From: Felis catus
Taxonomy: Eukaryota
Length of the DNA stretch: 64,000 bases
Reading direction: 5' to 3'
NCBI RefSeq assembly: GCF_018350175.1
Contig: NC_058368.1
Location: 101,930,001-101,994,000 of the forward strand
The notes beneath the pieces were generated by a model. The model was not told the DNA's origin, did not search any database, and saw only the letters and a list, made by a program, of their open reading frames with translations. A program made the translations under genes and the position numbers. Positions 37,852 through 50,959 of this stretch are shown in pieces (position 1 is the stretch's first letter; every line of letters begins with the position of its first letter).

Positions 37852-38140
37852 TGTTGGGTTTTCATTAATTGCAATCCTCCAGAAGCTGACCCAGACAACA
37901 GTATGAATACCAGAACTTTATTTGTGAGGGGATCCATGAAGCTCCCGAAGTGGGGAGGGGAAATGAGACAGGGAACACAAGAGAGCAAGTTACTGTCGTG
38001 AGCAATGAGGATGCACTCCCACTGGGACGTGTCAGGAGCCTGTGTAAAACGCATCTCCGTTATCCACACTTGGGGCACTTCACTCTCCAACCACCACGAG
38101 CCAGAGGCCAAAGGCTGCTCCCCTGAGATTTCATTCATTG
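37852..38140 (-). mobile_element. Old ERVL-class LTR fragment (LTR16/33-like)
   Basis: cctccagaagctgaccc...tttatttgtgaggggatcc...ggggaaatgagacagggaa. Confidence 0.5.
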
Positions 38141-38428
38141 TACTGTTTGTGGATCAAGGGAACTTGTTAGGAGGACAGACGAGGGTTTGCAGAACCCCAT
38201 CAGCCTGTGCAGGATGGGACACATCTTTACATGGGACACATCTTTCCTTCACACCATTCACTCAACAAGCTCCTTTTCCCTCCAAATGCTACCGTCCACG
38301 AGTCCCAGGGCAGATTTACCAAGCCAGGTACTACAACACCTTTATCAGCCACACTTCCTCTTTGCCCCCAGAGGTTTGCCTGTGGTGCGTTTCACCTGAC
38401 CTGGTCTTTAGAAAAAAATCTTGGGCTG

Positions 38429-38800
38429 GGAGCATCTGGATGGCTTAGTCGGTTGAGCATCTGACTCTTGATTTCAGCTCAGCTCATGATCCCAGGGTTG
38501 TTGGATGAAGTTTCTCTCTCGCTCTCTCTCTCTCTCCTTCTGCCCCTCCCCTGTTCGCTCTTGCTCTTGCTGTCTCAAAATAAAACTTTAAAAATAGCTT
38601 GGGGGGCCCCTGGGTGGCTCAGTCAGTTGAGTGTCCAATTTCGACTCAGGTCATGATCTTGAAGTCTGTTGGTTTGATCCCTCCATCAGGCTCTGTGCTG
38701 ACAGCTCAGAGTCTGGAGCCTGTTTCAGATTCTGTGTCTCCTTCTCTCTCTCTGTCCCTCCCCCCCCCTCTCTAACATAAATAAACATCAAAAAAAAAAT
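38429..38800 (+). mobile_element. Two tandem SINEs
   Basis: Two heads (38429, 38601); outer TSD aaaaaaatcttgggct. Confidence 0.93.
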
Positions 38801-39477
38801 CTTGGGCTTATTCTGTAGCTCTCTAATGAAGAAAGCTAGAATCTACAAACCCACGGTGAAATCTGGATGGGATCAGTGCGTTTACTCCCTACAAATGTGT
38901 TACTTCCCTTAGATTTCTATCCCAATCCCATGAACAGAAAAATGAAGCAGGGTGGGGTGTGTGGTTGTGGAACAAGGCAAGTTTTACATCATTGAGAAAG
39001 CATGCATCTAGAAAGAAAAATTAGCAGTAGTAGGATCAGTCTCAAAGTTGGTTGCAGTTTTCTGAAGGAGGGAAAGTGGACTTCTGTTGTTGGCTACTGT
39101 CTTTCTTAGAAATACTCTTTAGCCGGGCCTGGAGAATTCAGTGCTGTCCTAGCAGCGCCTTGGGGGTGGACAGCCTGCTGGTGGATTCTGTTGGGTTCCT
39201 GAGGTCTCCGCAGGGGCATCTGCAACTGGTGATGCTCCCGTGCCAGGGAGACTGATTTTAAGAGGCTCACTGGCTGCAGGGCCTCCATTTATTTACTTTT
39301 AGAAAATCATTGGCCCTGCCCAGAGATGAGTTAATACGGTATTGTTAATTACATCCTATTTCTCCTTATCTTACCATCTGAATGCTTCCTGAGAGCTGGG
39401 ATGGTGAGGAGAAAGGAGACGGAGAGAGACTAAGGCGAGACACAGGGGAGCAAAACGTGGGCTAACAATGCTGATAC

Positions 39478-39691
39478 TTATTTTTTAATGTTCATTTATT
39501 CTGAGAGAGAGACAGAGACAGAGCATGAATGGTGGAGAGGCAGAGAGAGAGGGAGACACAGAATCCGAAGCAGGCTCCAGGCTCCGAGCTGTCAGCACGG
39601 AGCCCGACGCGGGGCTGGAACTCACAGACCGCGAGCTCAGGACCTGAGCCAAAGTCAGATGCTTACCTGTCTGAGCCACCCAGGTGCCCCC
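39478..39691 (-). mobile_element. Can-SINE
   Basis: Full body in reverse. Confidence 0.95.
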
Positions 39692-40721
39692 GATGTTCTT
39701 ATTTTTAAAGTAATGAGATCTCTAACTTGAAGTCCTCTTATTCCTGGCCCTGGCCGGACAGTGGGTGGCACTCCTGGGCCCCAAGAGCACCCTTCCAGAG
39801 AAGCGCTTTTCTCCTTCTGTTCCAACTAGCTAAGGCCACTTAGTGAGTCAGGCCCTTGAAGACACAGGAACGAACACCCAAATGGAGACTGTGCAGACCC
39901 GCGTGTGTGCGTACACGCGCGCGTTTGTGCAGACGCGCGTGCACATGTGCGTGAGCTGAAGGGGAGCATGCTAATTCCCCAGCACGCCACAAATGAGAGA
40001 ACAGCAGCCTGTCTCAGACATTAAAAGAACGTAAATTGGGTTGAGTGTGCTTTTGGCACAAGAACAAGGAATGCTTCAGTTTCCCACTTGCACGTAATTT
40101 ATTTTTAGGTTTATTCACCACCATTCGTCAGGCTTCTCGAGCCTGACCTGAAACTAACCTTTAGATAAACGTGAAGGCCAACGGAGCCCTGAAACTCTAT
40201 CTGTACGTTCTTTTGTCCTGGGAACTGTAAATCGGGGCATTAGGTGAATAACACAGCTTGGCTTTGTGTCATGAAAAGTAATTCGGGGCTGCAGGAAGGG
40301 CAGGATTTATGAAGCTGTCTGGCCAAGCTTGGGCAAAAGGCCCAGCTTACACCTGCTTCGCAGACACGGATGTGTGTGCTTGGCCACCCTGCTGAAGCGG
40401 CCAGATTCCTCTGGAAAGAGGCAGGGCAAAGCCAACAGCAGGTAAGGGAGGAACGCGGGCTGGGGAGGAGCGGGGGACCGGAGGAACCCATCAGTCTTCA
40501 GGAAACAAATCAATCACAACTTCCCTCTTCTCATTCCCAAGCAAAATTCCCTCCCCCCCCCCAAAAAAAGACAAAACAAAACAAAACAAAACAAACCCTC
40601 CATCTTTGTTTTCAAACCACTGAAACTCTGTAATCTGTGGGGCTGGCGAGAAGACGAAAGTCAAGCAAGTGGCGAAGTTTTAGAGCTTTCCAAAAAATGA
40701 AGGCTTGTGTCAGGTTGCTAT

Positions 40722-40844
40722 GTGACTTACCATCCAAAGAGGGACAGTCTTCCAAGTGAAACGGGGAGGGCTGTAATTAATTAGGCAGAGACAACACCTG
40801 TAAACTGGGACTGTGGGAGGCCAGGGGGCCCAACGGTGACCCTA
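40722..40844 (-). mobile_element. MER81-like hAT MITE
   Basis: accatccaaagagggaca...taattaattaggcagagacaac...gtaaactgggactgt...ggtgacccta. Confidence 0.7.
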
Positions 40845-41330
40845 GTCACGCACGTGGACGCCGCCGTACAATGAACCCGCTAAATGGCTGTTGTGTTACA
40901 AGGGTGCTTTTCTAAGAAGTTGACAGAAATTATATTGTCTCTTTGACGGAGCTGGGCTGCCTCCACCAAACAGATGGCCAAACTGTCACGATGCCAGAGC
41001 ACACAGCAGAAGGTCCACAGCAAAATCACTGTGCTCTGTGCTCCCTTTCATGGGATCCCGTCCCCTTCTCAAAAAATGCAAAAAGCGCCCAGCAAATCTC
41101 TGCTTTTCCTTTCAGGGAAGGGCTAGCAGGTACCATACAAGGCTTGTCAGCGTCTGATGAACGAGGACTTTTTCGCACAAGGTAGAACTTACACGGGGAA
41201 CAGCACTGGTCTTTGTGATCTCTGCGCTCATGAAATGTGACACAAACTCCCACGTCTCTAGAAAAGCCATCTCCGGCATCTCCAACTTTCTTCCCACTTT
41301 CCCATACTTACAGGCGCACGAGGGCACCCA

Positions 41331-41748
41331 CTTCCTATGGATGCCGTAAGAAATGACCAAACGCCTGAGGCCTTTCAAATGGTAAGAATTTATTTTCGCT
41401 TAGTACTGGAGGCCGGAAGTCCAAAATCAGGGTTTGGGTAGGGCTGTGCTTCCTCCGGACGCTGTAGGAGAGAATCCTTCCTTGCCGCTTCCAAATCCTG
41501 CTGGCTCTTGGTGTTCCTCCACTCAGGGCAACATCCCTCCAGCCTCTGTCTGTGTCTTCACATGGCCCTCTCCCTGGGTTTCTGCATATAGACGCCAGCC
41601 ACTGGATTTACAGCCCAACAAAATCCAGGACGGTTTCGTCTTGAGCCTCTTGATGACTTCTACCAAGACCTCATTTCCAAATATGATCATATTCTGAGGT
41701 TCCAAAGCAGGCCTGAATTTGGGAGGGATCACCGTTCAACCCACTACA
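41331..41748 (-). mobile_element. MaLR LTR (MLT1B/C-like)
   Basis: gaatttattttcgcttagtactggaggccggaagtccaaaatca...attctgaggttcc...gttcaacccactaca. Confidence 0.9.
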
Positions 41749-43016
41749 ATAAGTACATGTCTATTCGTAGAGTTCTTGAACTCTTGAAGTCTCCTGTACC
41801 CCACATCCAGGCAACTAATGACATGCATCCTCCACTAGCAACACCCCGTTGATTTTCTGCAAGACTGTGGATATCAGCCTCTAATGGCTTTGCTTCCACT
41901 ACTACATAGCATGTAGGCCCTGAGGACACCCTCTTCTGTCCAGTGATGGCTTTCCCTTTCCATCTGTCCTCAGCCCGCCATCCCCGTAAACTGCAGAGAA
42001 CTGCCTCACGGCTGATTTTCCAGGCTATCTATATTCCAAGACTCTAGGTTGTGGACTTCAGGACATCGACACACACAAAATAACAGAGCAAGGGAGCATA
42101 GGCTGGGCACCTCAAGACTGGTACCAGGAGGTGAAAGACTACAGGAGGCCATCCAAAGCAAAGATGGAACCTGAACTCAGCCTTACTAGGAGCTTAACGG
42201 AAGTGTGGATGAGTTAGACCAAGGAGACGGACATTTAAGGCAAGAGCTTTAAATCTCTCTTCTCATCTGAAGCTACAATAGTGGCCAGAATGGCTTTTTT
42301 GGCTGAGACATTGGTGAGAGCCAGGGATCTAACACAAACAGCTTATTCACAAACAGACTGACTGATGAGTTCCAGTAATGGGAAAATCCAAGTTTAAGCC
42401 CAGGAATGACCTAATGATGTTTCTCTAAGAATGCTAACAGAAACATACTTTTCTCCTCCTCTTGACTTGGGGCTGCTTCTACCCTGACTTGATCCTCTGA
42501 GAAATGGCCACCAGTGGGTCCAGGCTGATAACATGTCGGGTCAGTGAATCCAGCAAAACGTGCACATCTCTTTTGCAGGAGTTTCAGTACGAGTGGGTGG
42601 GCTGATGCTACATGGCTGTGACTGTCACATATCCACTCCCGAGGAATCATTCTGGCAAGAGGCTGGTGGTCTGAATCACGTGGGATCAGCCACACCCACA
42701 TCATGTGGGCTAAGACCGAGACAGGATCCATTCCTCACAGGAAAGCCATGGTGATGGAATCAGGGACAACCGAGCACATGTGAGCAAGCAAACAACAGAG
42801 ATGCCCACTCAACTTCCTCTGACTACATTTACAGACACTTTGAACACTATCAGAAGAATTTCGAGCTGGGTGCCAGAGCTGTGTCCGCTTCCAGAAAATT
42901 CACCATAATACAAGATGACTGTTTTGGCACCACAGATAGTTCAATATATTATTATTTACCCATAGTGCCTTAGGCCCTGTTTTCAGGCAACCAGATTAAA
43001 AAAAAAAAAGGGTAGG

Positions 43017-43645
43017 GGTACATTAATCAGTCTGCCAGGGCTGTCATGACAAAATACAACAGACTGAATGGCTTAAGTGATGGAAATTTATTTTCTCACA
43101 GTCCTGGAGGCTAGAAGTCCAAGATCAAGATGTTGGCTAAGGCTGGGTTCCCGTGAGGCTTCTCTCCTTGGCTTGCACATGGCTGCCTCCTCTCTCTGTC
43201 CCCCATGGATTTTTCTCTGTGTGTACATCCCCAGCATCTTTTCTTTCTTTTCTTAAAGTTTGTATTTTAATGTTTATTTTTGAGAGAGAGACAGAGCTCG
43301 AGTGGGGGAGGGGGCAAGAGATATTTAGAGGAAGACACGGAATCCAAAGCAGGCTCCAGGACCTGAGCAGTCAGCACAGAGCCTGACGCGGGGCTCGAAC
43401 TCACGGACCGTGAGATCATGACCTGATCCAAAGTCAGACACTTACCTGACTGAGCCACCCACATGCCTTCTTTTCTTATGAGGACACCAGTTCTAGGGCA
43501 CCACCCTCATGATTATCATAATTTAACCACAACCTACCTATAACCATGAATACCTTCTTAAAAGCTCTATCTCTAAATACAGTGACACTGGGAGTTTGGG
43601 TTTCAACAATTCTGGGGGCCGGGGAACATAACTCAGTCTACAACA
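43017..43645 (-). mobile_element. MaLR LTR (MLT1A-like) interrupted by a minus-strand SINE at 43240-43468
   Basis: aatttattttctcacagtcctggaggctagaagtccaagatcaag; tcttatgaggacaccagt; SINE body between. Confidence 0.9.
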
Positions 43646-45929
43646 AAAGACCAAACTTATTTTCATGCCCTTACCTCTTACCTCTACGAGGAAGACACGG
43701 AGTAATACATTTTGACGCTGATTAGCTGTGGCATGTTGGGCTGCTTCAAATATTTTTTCAAGTGCAAGAACTAAAATGTTTTCCAGTTTCCAATTCATGA
43801 TATCTCAGAGGTCACATTCTGACCCCAAGCACAGCCAGAATCCTATTAGTCTTCCCCTATCAATTAACCCTACAATTTTTTCCATTTAATTGCCAGATGT
43901 TTTTCCTTAGGTCAGCAAGCCGCCGCTAGAACACTGCATAAGAAGAGCGTTTTCAGACATGAAATACACACACGCACCCACACAATACACACACGCACGC
44001 AAATATTTCGTGGCATGCTGCATGATTACATCTCACACATACACTGCTATTACAGCGAAGCACGATTTATGCGCACCATCTCAACGTGTCCCGGCGCTTT
44101 ATTATTTGGAATTCCTTTTCCCCCTAAGCAACGTCAATATACAAAAAAGCCCGGCACGAACATGTGATACCTGTTAAGTATAACATGAAATATGACACTT
44201 AAAAGCAAATTGGGGACTAATTCCTGGGGCTGTTTGTTCATTCCCATTTAAACTAAGTCACCTGCTCTTAAGGAAGCATTTAGAAATCAAAATCCAGAAA
44301 ACAAAAGCAAAACCAGACTCTGACTACAGGTTGCCTTAATAAAATCCATCCTGACTCATTTCTTCGGCTTCCAATGGTGCTAAATCCCGCCAGTACTTGT
44401 AACACAATCCTCCGTCGAGCTGCCAAGACATTCATTACCCCAGATCACCAATGCACCAAGTCACTGCACCCCTGTTTTTGCCAAATTGACTTCTAAGTCA
44501 TGTTAGACTTCGTTTGCCAAATACTGAACTATCCCTTGGTTCCTAGAGTGCAATTAGAAAAGAATTCACAAGTAAAAAAGGAGTAGGATAGAAGGCACCT
44601 CTAAAATGTTCCTACCTGGGGGAAGAAATGTATCCACTTAACACATGAGTTCCTTCTGACATGCCTCAGCTTTCAAGGACTTGAGTAGAGTTGGGTAGGT
44701 CATTCCTAGCATGCCTTTCTCCCTGGAACCTTGAAAGCATCAACACCTCCGTCTTTGTAAAGGCTCACGCTGGAGTTACCACAAGTTTTGGATTAAATGT
44801 ATCTCATTACTTATGCCCACAAGTTACTCTTGTTTCATGGCCTCCTTTTGAGAGAAGACACGAAAATCAGGGTCAGGGTTCGTGGAAGTTCAGTCTCTGA
44901 AGGCTGTGTGTATACGCTTACACTATACGGAGAAATCGGCATTGACGTGGTTGGCGGTCCAATTTCAAGTAGTCCAATTAAAAGCTGTTTTAAATGGATG
45001 GGGCCAGTTGTTTTATGAGCCTGGGTGTCTATTTATCTTTATCTTTGTAGAATACAACATCAATGGAGAGTAACCAGCAGCTCTGGGTTGGACTTAGACA
45101 TGACCGACATTAGCGGGATTAACAAAGGCAGATAGCACTGGTGGGTAATTATTATACCTTAGCTTCAAGAGGACTACTTCGAAAAAATTTTTTTCTAACC
45201 TGAAAATTAAGAGGATAACGTTGACAGATTCTATTATGGATTCTGTCACCTTTTAGTATATTTCCTAACTGTGCATAGTATAGAAAAGGGCAAGGAATTA
45301 ATCAGGTTGCCCAAAGAGCTGGGTTACACAGCATGCAGAGAGCACTTCAGCTACATTATTTGCACAATTTCTGTAGGGAGTTGTGCAATAGAGGCCTTAA
45401 ATTTAATATGTCTGGCCCCCTTCCACCTGGACTCGGTTCAAACCCACCGCCTGCAGCTCACTGAATCTGGAGTGGGAAATCAGTCATTACATTACGAACG
45501 GATGGCAAATGATTCCAATTCACATTTTTCAGCTGGTATGTTTTTTAACCTGGAGCAAGACCAAATTGGAAAATTCTGCAATTCTGCAAGCTGGGCATTC
45601 GATCTATATTGCAGTCTAAATACATTTCTGGTTTGAGGAAGTTGACGAGATGATTTTTCTTGAGAATTTCTTTAGTTGCCGTGCCACCAACAGAAATTTC
45701 AAGGTCCACATCATCACCTTCCTGCTGGTCCTTTTGTTTCTCACCGGGGCGGGGGGGGGGGGTGTTGTCAGTGCAATTAGACTGCAATGATCTACATAAA
45801 CACTGACCTGATTTCTTCATGCTTATGGATACATTATGTAGACTGAAGGGCCATATTCAACAAAGACCAAAGTCTCTTGGAGACTGCTTTTGTACAAAAA
45901 GGCAAGTAGAACTATGCAAAAAAAAAAAA

Positions 45930-46200
45930 AAAATGGGCACAGGAAAAGAAGAAACAAGTGATACAAAAAGAAATATCAACTGGCTCTTAACCACATGAAA
46001 ATGTGGTCAATCGTGTTGGCACCAAGGACATTCAAAATATAATACAAACACGATCTCTTTTTTTATTCATAACATTGAAAACTAACATCCAGAGCTGGTA
46101 AGGACATGGGGATATATACTTCACTGACAGAACAATACACTGCTCTAACCTTCATAAAAGTAATCTATAAGTGTAAATGTAAATTAAACAATTAATTTAA
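45930..46200 (+). mobile_element. Old L1 ORF2 3' fragment
   Basis: aactggctcttaaccacatgaaaatgtggtcaatc...ctggtaaggacatgggga. Confidence 0.65.
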
Positions 46201-46207
46201 ATGACCT

Positions 46208-47417
46208 ACACTTGGCCTCCACTACCCTAACAGCCCTCATCTGACAGGTTAAGGAGCCAATGTGGGGATTCTGCCTATCGCTAAATACATCTTTTCCAAT
46301 TATGCCTTCTAGGAGGCATCAAGATGGGCTTCGGGACCCACTGGATCCTCTGGGAGACAGACCCAAGCTAAAACACCCCTGAGCACTGGCCCTCCATAAA
46401 CCCTTACTCTGACTGGCAGACCAGAGGGACAGTTTTGGTCTCCTGGGATTAGTGTCAGCTCAGAGCCCCTATCTAGCAGTACAGGGAAAAGGCCTGATCG
46501 ATCCCTTTTCCCCAGTACGCAGTCACTCGTCAAAGGCTGCCAGTCCCTTTGCGAGGGCTGGGATAAAGATTAATGGTATCATTTTGATAGCACATTATGG
46601 TCCCTCCTCAAGGGGATCCACCACCTCCTTTATTCAAGAGGTTCTGGGTCTGAGAACTGGTTCAAGTGGGTGGACTGGTTGAGGAGCCCTGACTCTGTTT
46701 TTGTGATTCAAGTTAGACTTTTGTTGCCTTGACCTAGAACTGTTCCACTGATACGAATCAAGTAAGGACTTAGTAGGCTTGCTATGGGTTTCACTTCTAC
46801 GAACACCATGATCAACTAGCCGATGTTACAGGTCCTTATCGGTCAGACTATTCTCACTGTTGTCTGACTCTGCTGTCCATTACAGAAACTATGTCCACCT
46901 TGCCTCCGGCTCTCAACTGTTGCCACTCGGCCCCACCACCCGGGGATACAGTTAACCCCACTGCATTTAGGTTCCCTCAATCAGATGTAGCAGTTCCCAC
47001 TATAATTTATGACAAGAAGAGCGATCAAGGAGCACTTCAAGGATACTGGGCTCCCTTCACAATGTCTTTCTCACAGACGTAGTGAGAGGTGCATCCTCTG
47101 AACCCTTCCATGGTGAGTGAGCAGGTATTAAATGGTAAATACACTCCAAAAGTCAATCTTCCTAAGCCCCTGAATCCCTTCCTGTACAGTGTACCAAACT
47201 TTCGGTGCCAAGTTTCAGCCAGCCCACCAACCAAACTATCAGAATGCTAATGCCACAGTCCCAAGCTGCATCACTAAATTCAAGATCTCTGCCTAGTGCT
47301 CCCACAGCCATCAAGTCAGCCTTGTCCAACTTTACATTCCTTCCACTATTACTGCACACCCTTCGTGTCCATTCCCCCATATATTCCCCAGCCTTCTGCC
47401 TCCATATTGTAAACACG

Positions 47418-47449
<32 letters not shown>

Positions 47450-47793
47450 GAGTATGGAGTATCTCACCCTTTGGAACCTCCTGGGACTTGAGTCCAATTA
47501 TAGGTCTAAAGGCAGGTGTGGAGGGGGGGTAGTAGGGATAGGTCCTGAGGAGATCGACAGCCGCCTGGAGCCTTGCCTTTTATGTTTGACCAGGAGTAGC
47601 TAATGGTGATATTTTGTGTACCTCTTTTTCCATATGAAACCATGGACCATCAGGGTCCTCTCTGCCGCTGGACACAGTCATTACTGTCTTCAAAGCTAAT
47701 CACATTAGAGAAGCAATTCCAGACACTCAAGATCTATTTCAGAAAATTCCTCTTTGACAACGTTCTGTCCTTCTAGAACCACTCTTAGTACCA
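46208..47793 (-). mobile_element. ERV-L internal fragment: PBS, decayed gag, protease and start of pol
   Basis: Minus-strand peptides WRQKAGEYMGEWTRRVCSNSGRNVKLDKADLMAVGALGRD (ERV-L Gag-like) and LLDRGSELTLIPGD...PVRVRVYGG (ERV-L protease, DTG changed to DRG); PBS-like tggtactaagagtggttctag at 47773-47793. Confidence 0.9.
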
Positions 47794-47800
47794 AAATCTT

Positions 47801-47969
47801 TATAAATTAAGGTTTCCAGGGAAAGAGAAGGATAGATAAGTAGACAAGTAGGTAGGTAGGTAGGTAGATGTTAACCTAATGTACAAAATACCCTCACGAA
47901 AAACCTACATTAGTGTTTGATTACATAAATGACTATCGGAGCCCAGCCACCCAAAAAGTAACCATCACA
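47801..47969 (-). mobile_element. 5' MLT2 LTR of the ERV-L, internally deleted
   Basis: Minus strand begins tgtgatggttact and abuts the PBS; only ~170 bp remain, joined at a (TAGG)n run. Confidence 0.75.
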
Positions 47970-48009
47970 ACAGGTGGTAACGAACAGGCTTCATTAGACT
48001 ATTATGCTT

Positions 48010-48203
48010 GAGAGGCACCTGGGTGATGCAGGTGGTTAAGCGTCAGACTCTTGATTTCAGCTCAGGTCATCATCTTGCGGTTTGCGAGTTATGCACTGAT
48101 GTCATGGAGCCTGCTTGGAATGCTCTGCCTCCCTCTCCCTCTGCCCCTCCCCCCACTCGCATTCCCTCTCTCTTTCTCTCAAAAATAACCATTTAAGAAA
48201 AAA
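48010..48203 (+). mobile_element. Can-SINE
   Basis: TSD tattatgcttga. Confidence 0.93.
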
Positions 48204-48524
48204 GAGTATTATGCTTGACCGTGGCCTATGGTGAACTCTCCTGAAATAGTTCTGGTTGTTCTAAACATATCTCCTCTCAATCTAATATGGACACTTTGGT
48301 GGGGGGGGGGGGGGGGTCCCAAGTGGATTATATATAAAAATCTTTAGAAGTAATTAATGATGTTAAGAGATCACGCAGGTATGTCCATTTGCTAGTTGAG
48401 GAACTAACATCGACTTTACCTGTATTAACATATTCATCGTTGCCACCCACTCTCACCCTTCGGGCTACTCGAGTAGAGCTCAGCATTCCTGGACTCAACT
48501 TCTAGCACAGCCTTCTTCCTCAGG

Positions 48525-48540
48525 GAGATGACGTCATCTC
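48525..48540. promoter_or_regulatory. Full CRE/ATF site in a perfect 16-bp palindrome
   Basis: gagatgacgtcatctc. Confidence 0.35.
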
Positions 48541-50119
48541 TACAATCCCAGTCAGACTCTCACCTCCACATTTCCGTTACTCGAATTGTAACATTAAAAT
48601 AATTTTCGAGCATTGCAATAACAACATAAACGTTCGGAGGTGCTACAAGACACGGCTTTATTTCCAAAGAGTTTAGGTGTTTTCATATGACGTGCTTTCA
48701 AAACATGGAAAGCAAAAATAAAATTTAGACTTCTGGAAGAGGGTTGGTGAGATTTCCCTGGAGCAATGTTCTGCATTCTACAGCAGAGGCTGTCCTAATG
48801 GCTACTGTTTCCCGTGAGTTGAGGTAGCGGCTGTGACATGCGGTAAGGGAAGTGTGGCCTTTGCTACATGAAAATATTTCACCTACTGGCTGTAAAGCTT
48901 GTACTCTGAATTTTGTTGGCTGGAGTACACAGCCTACATTCTTTTCCTATTTTTTTTTTTGTAATAAGAAACACATTTATAATTACCTGAAGAGTCAAGA
49001 ATGCTGCTTGTGGAAGAGAGTTTTTCTTGGTTCAAAATGAACTAACCCTTCTAGGCATTACGAGCTTGTGTCCAATGTTCTGAATGTTCTAGAACCATTA
49101 CAGAAAATGCTATGAATACTTCTGGAGGCCTTGATTAAAAAAAAAAAAAAAAAAAACTTGACATCCAAATAGAATGTAGACTACCTTGCAATAAAAACGT
49201 CTTCACCCCTTACAGCAAATGAGTTATTGTGGCAAAACAAAAAATAAGGACATTGGAGTTGGTGGTGAATTCAAAACCTGAGACAACATTTTATAGTTGC
49301 ATAACACTGGACAGTTCACTTAGACCCTCTGAGACTCAAATGTCTCATAAAATTAGTAATACCAATGTCTCCCATTAATTATTATGGAGATAGTCAAGAA
49401 CATAACAGTGTATATGAGAGAGAATTATAAACTTCACAATACTGGGATTATTAATCGTTTTCTGACAATGTTATACTCTTATAAAGTCAGAGCCAGTTAC
49501 AAAAGATGTTATTTCAGAGTCCTAATCACAATGCCTCCTTAAAATGAAATCAGAATTTCTCAGACAGAACAACATAAATCCACAAGGGTTTATCTTTAGA
49601 ATGAGGGAAATGAGGAAAGGTTATCAGTCTTTTGTGCAAACAAAGTGTGGTTACAAGTTCAGAATCGTGCTGAAACATGAGTTTCACATACCTGTTCCCA
49701 CTGGGCAGGGACAGACTAGCCAGATAAAACACAGAGGGCCTAAGAGCAAAGAACGAACCTTTCTGGAAGAAGCCTAGGGACAGCTGCTTCTGGGGGAAGC
49801 CCGCAGATGGGAACACCGTGGACCACTCTAATATGCGGACTGTCAGTAAATGTCATGACTTTCAAGAGAAACCTCTCAGTACAGATAGCATCTGTTTCTC
49901 CAGCTGGTTCTCAGCCGGAAATTATAAGGAAAACAATGTGGAGGCAGGAAAGGATCAGTTTGGGAAAGATTATATTCCACTCCAGGAGCCAGAGAACAAG
50001 TTCTTGCATGTGGTCTTTATTCAAAACTAGAAGGGGAATCCAATATAGAACATTCATTGGGAAATGAATGTACTTTGGATCTGACTACCTGCCCCACTCA
50101 TTAAGGATCTTTCGACTTG

Positions 50120-50322
50120 GGGCCCCTGGGTGGCTTAGTTAGTTAAGGGTCTGACTCTGGGTTTTAGCTTAGGTCATGATCTCACAGTTTCTGAGTTTGA
50201 GCCCCGTGTCAGGCTCCACACTGACAATGCAGAGCCTGCTTAGGATTCTCTCTCTCTCCCTCTCTGTCACTCCCCCACGCACTCGCTCTCTCAAATTAAA
50301 TAAATGTTATTTAAAAAAAAAA
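50120..50322 (+). mobile_element. Can-SINE
   Basis: Head, body and A tail. Confidence 0.92.
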
Positions 50323-50609
50323 GATGTGACTACTTTGAGACATGATTTTTAGTAAATGGTCTCTCAAACTTCCTAGTAAAGATAAGAAATTAGACATCAC
50401 TCTAGATACTACCTCTCAAATGGTTCTCAAATATGTCCACCTCTAGTCATGTCCACCTCTACCTTCTAGCCCTCCACTAGACAACTCCCTCTTGACAGGA
50501 GGCTTGCCACCTTTGCCTGGCGTCCAGAATCATCTTGTTAAAATCTCAATATGCATGCCTGCTTCAAATTGTCTATGGCTTCCCACTGGACTTAAAATCC
50601 ATGCTTCTC

Positions 50610-50790
50610 GGGGCACTTGGGCGACACGGTCGACTGAGCATCTGACTTTTGATTTTGGCTCAGGTCGTGATCCCAGGGTGATGAGACTGAGCCCTGTGTT
50701 GGGCTATGTGCTGAGCATGGAGCCTGCTTCAGATTCTCTCTCTCTTCCTCTGCCCCTCTCCCACTCGCACTCTCTAAAATAAAAAAAGAA
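50610..50790 (+). mobile_element. Can-SINE
   Basis: Head, body and A tail. Confidence 0.9.
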
Positions 50791-50959
50791 ACAAACTAGA
50801 GGGCATGATGCAAGAGACAATATGGTAAGAAACAAATTAGGATGGCCAAAAGCCTTGAATGCCACATAAAGACCCTGGATTTTATGCAAGAGGTAAAAAG
50901 GATCATTTGGGCGCTCTCAGTAGAGCTTCAGCAGGATCCCAACTACAGGATGGATATGG

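Noticed and set aside
38214..38248. Short tandem duplications (also near 11797, 50433, 54956, 61222)
   Set aside because: Ordinary slippage duplications; no array, CRISPR-like or periodic structure.
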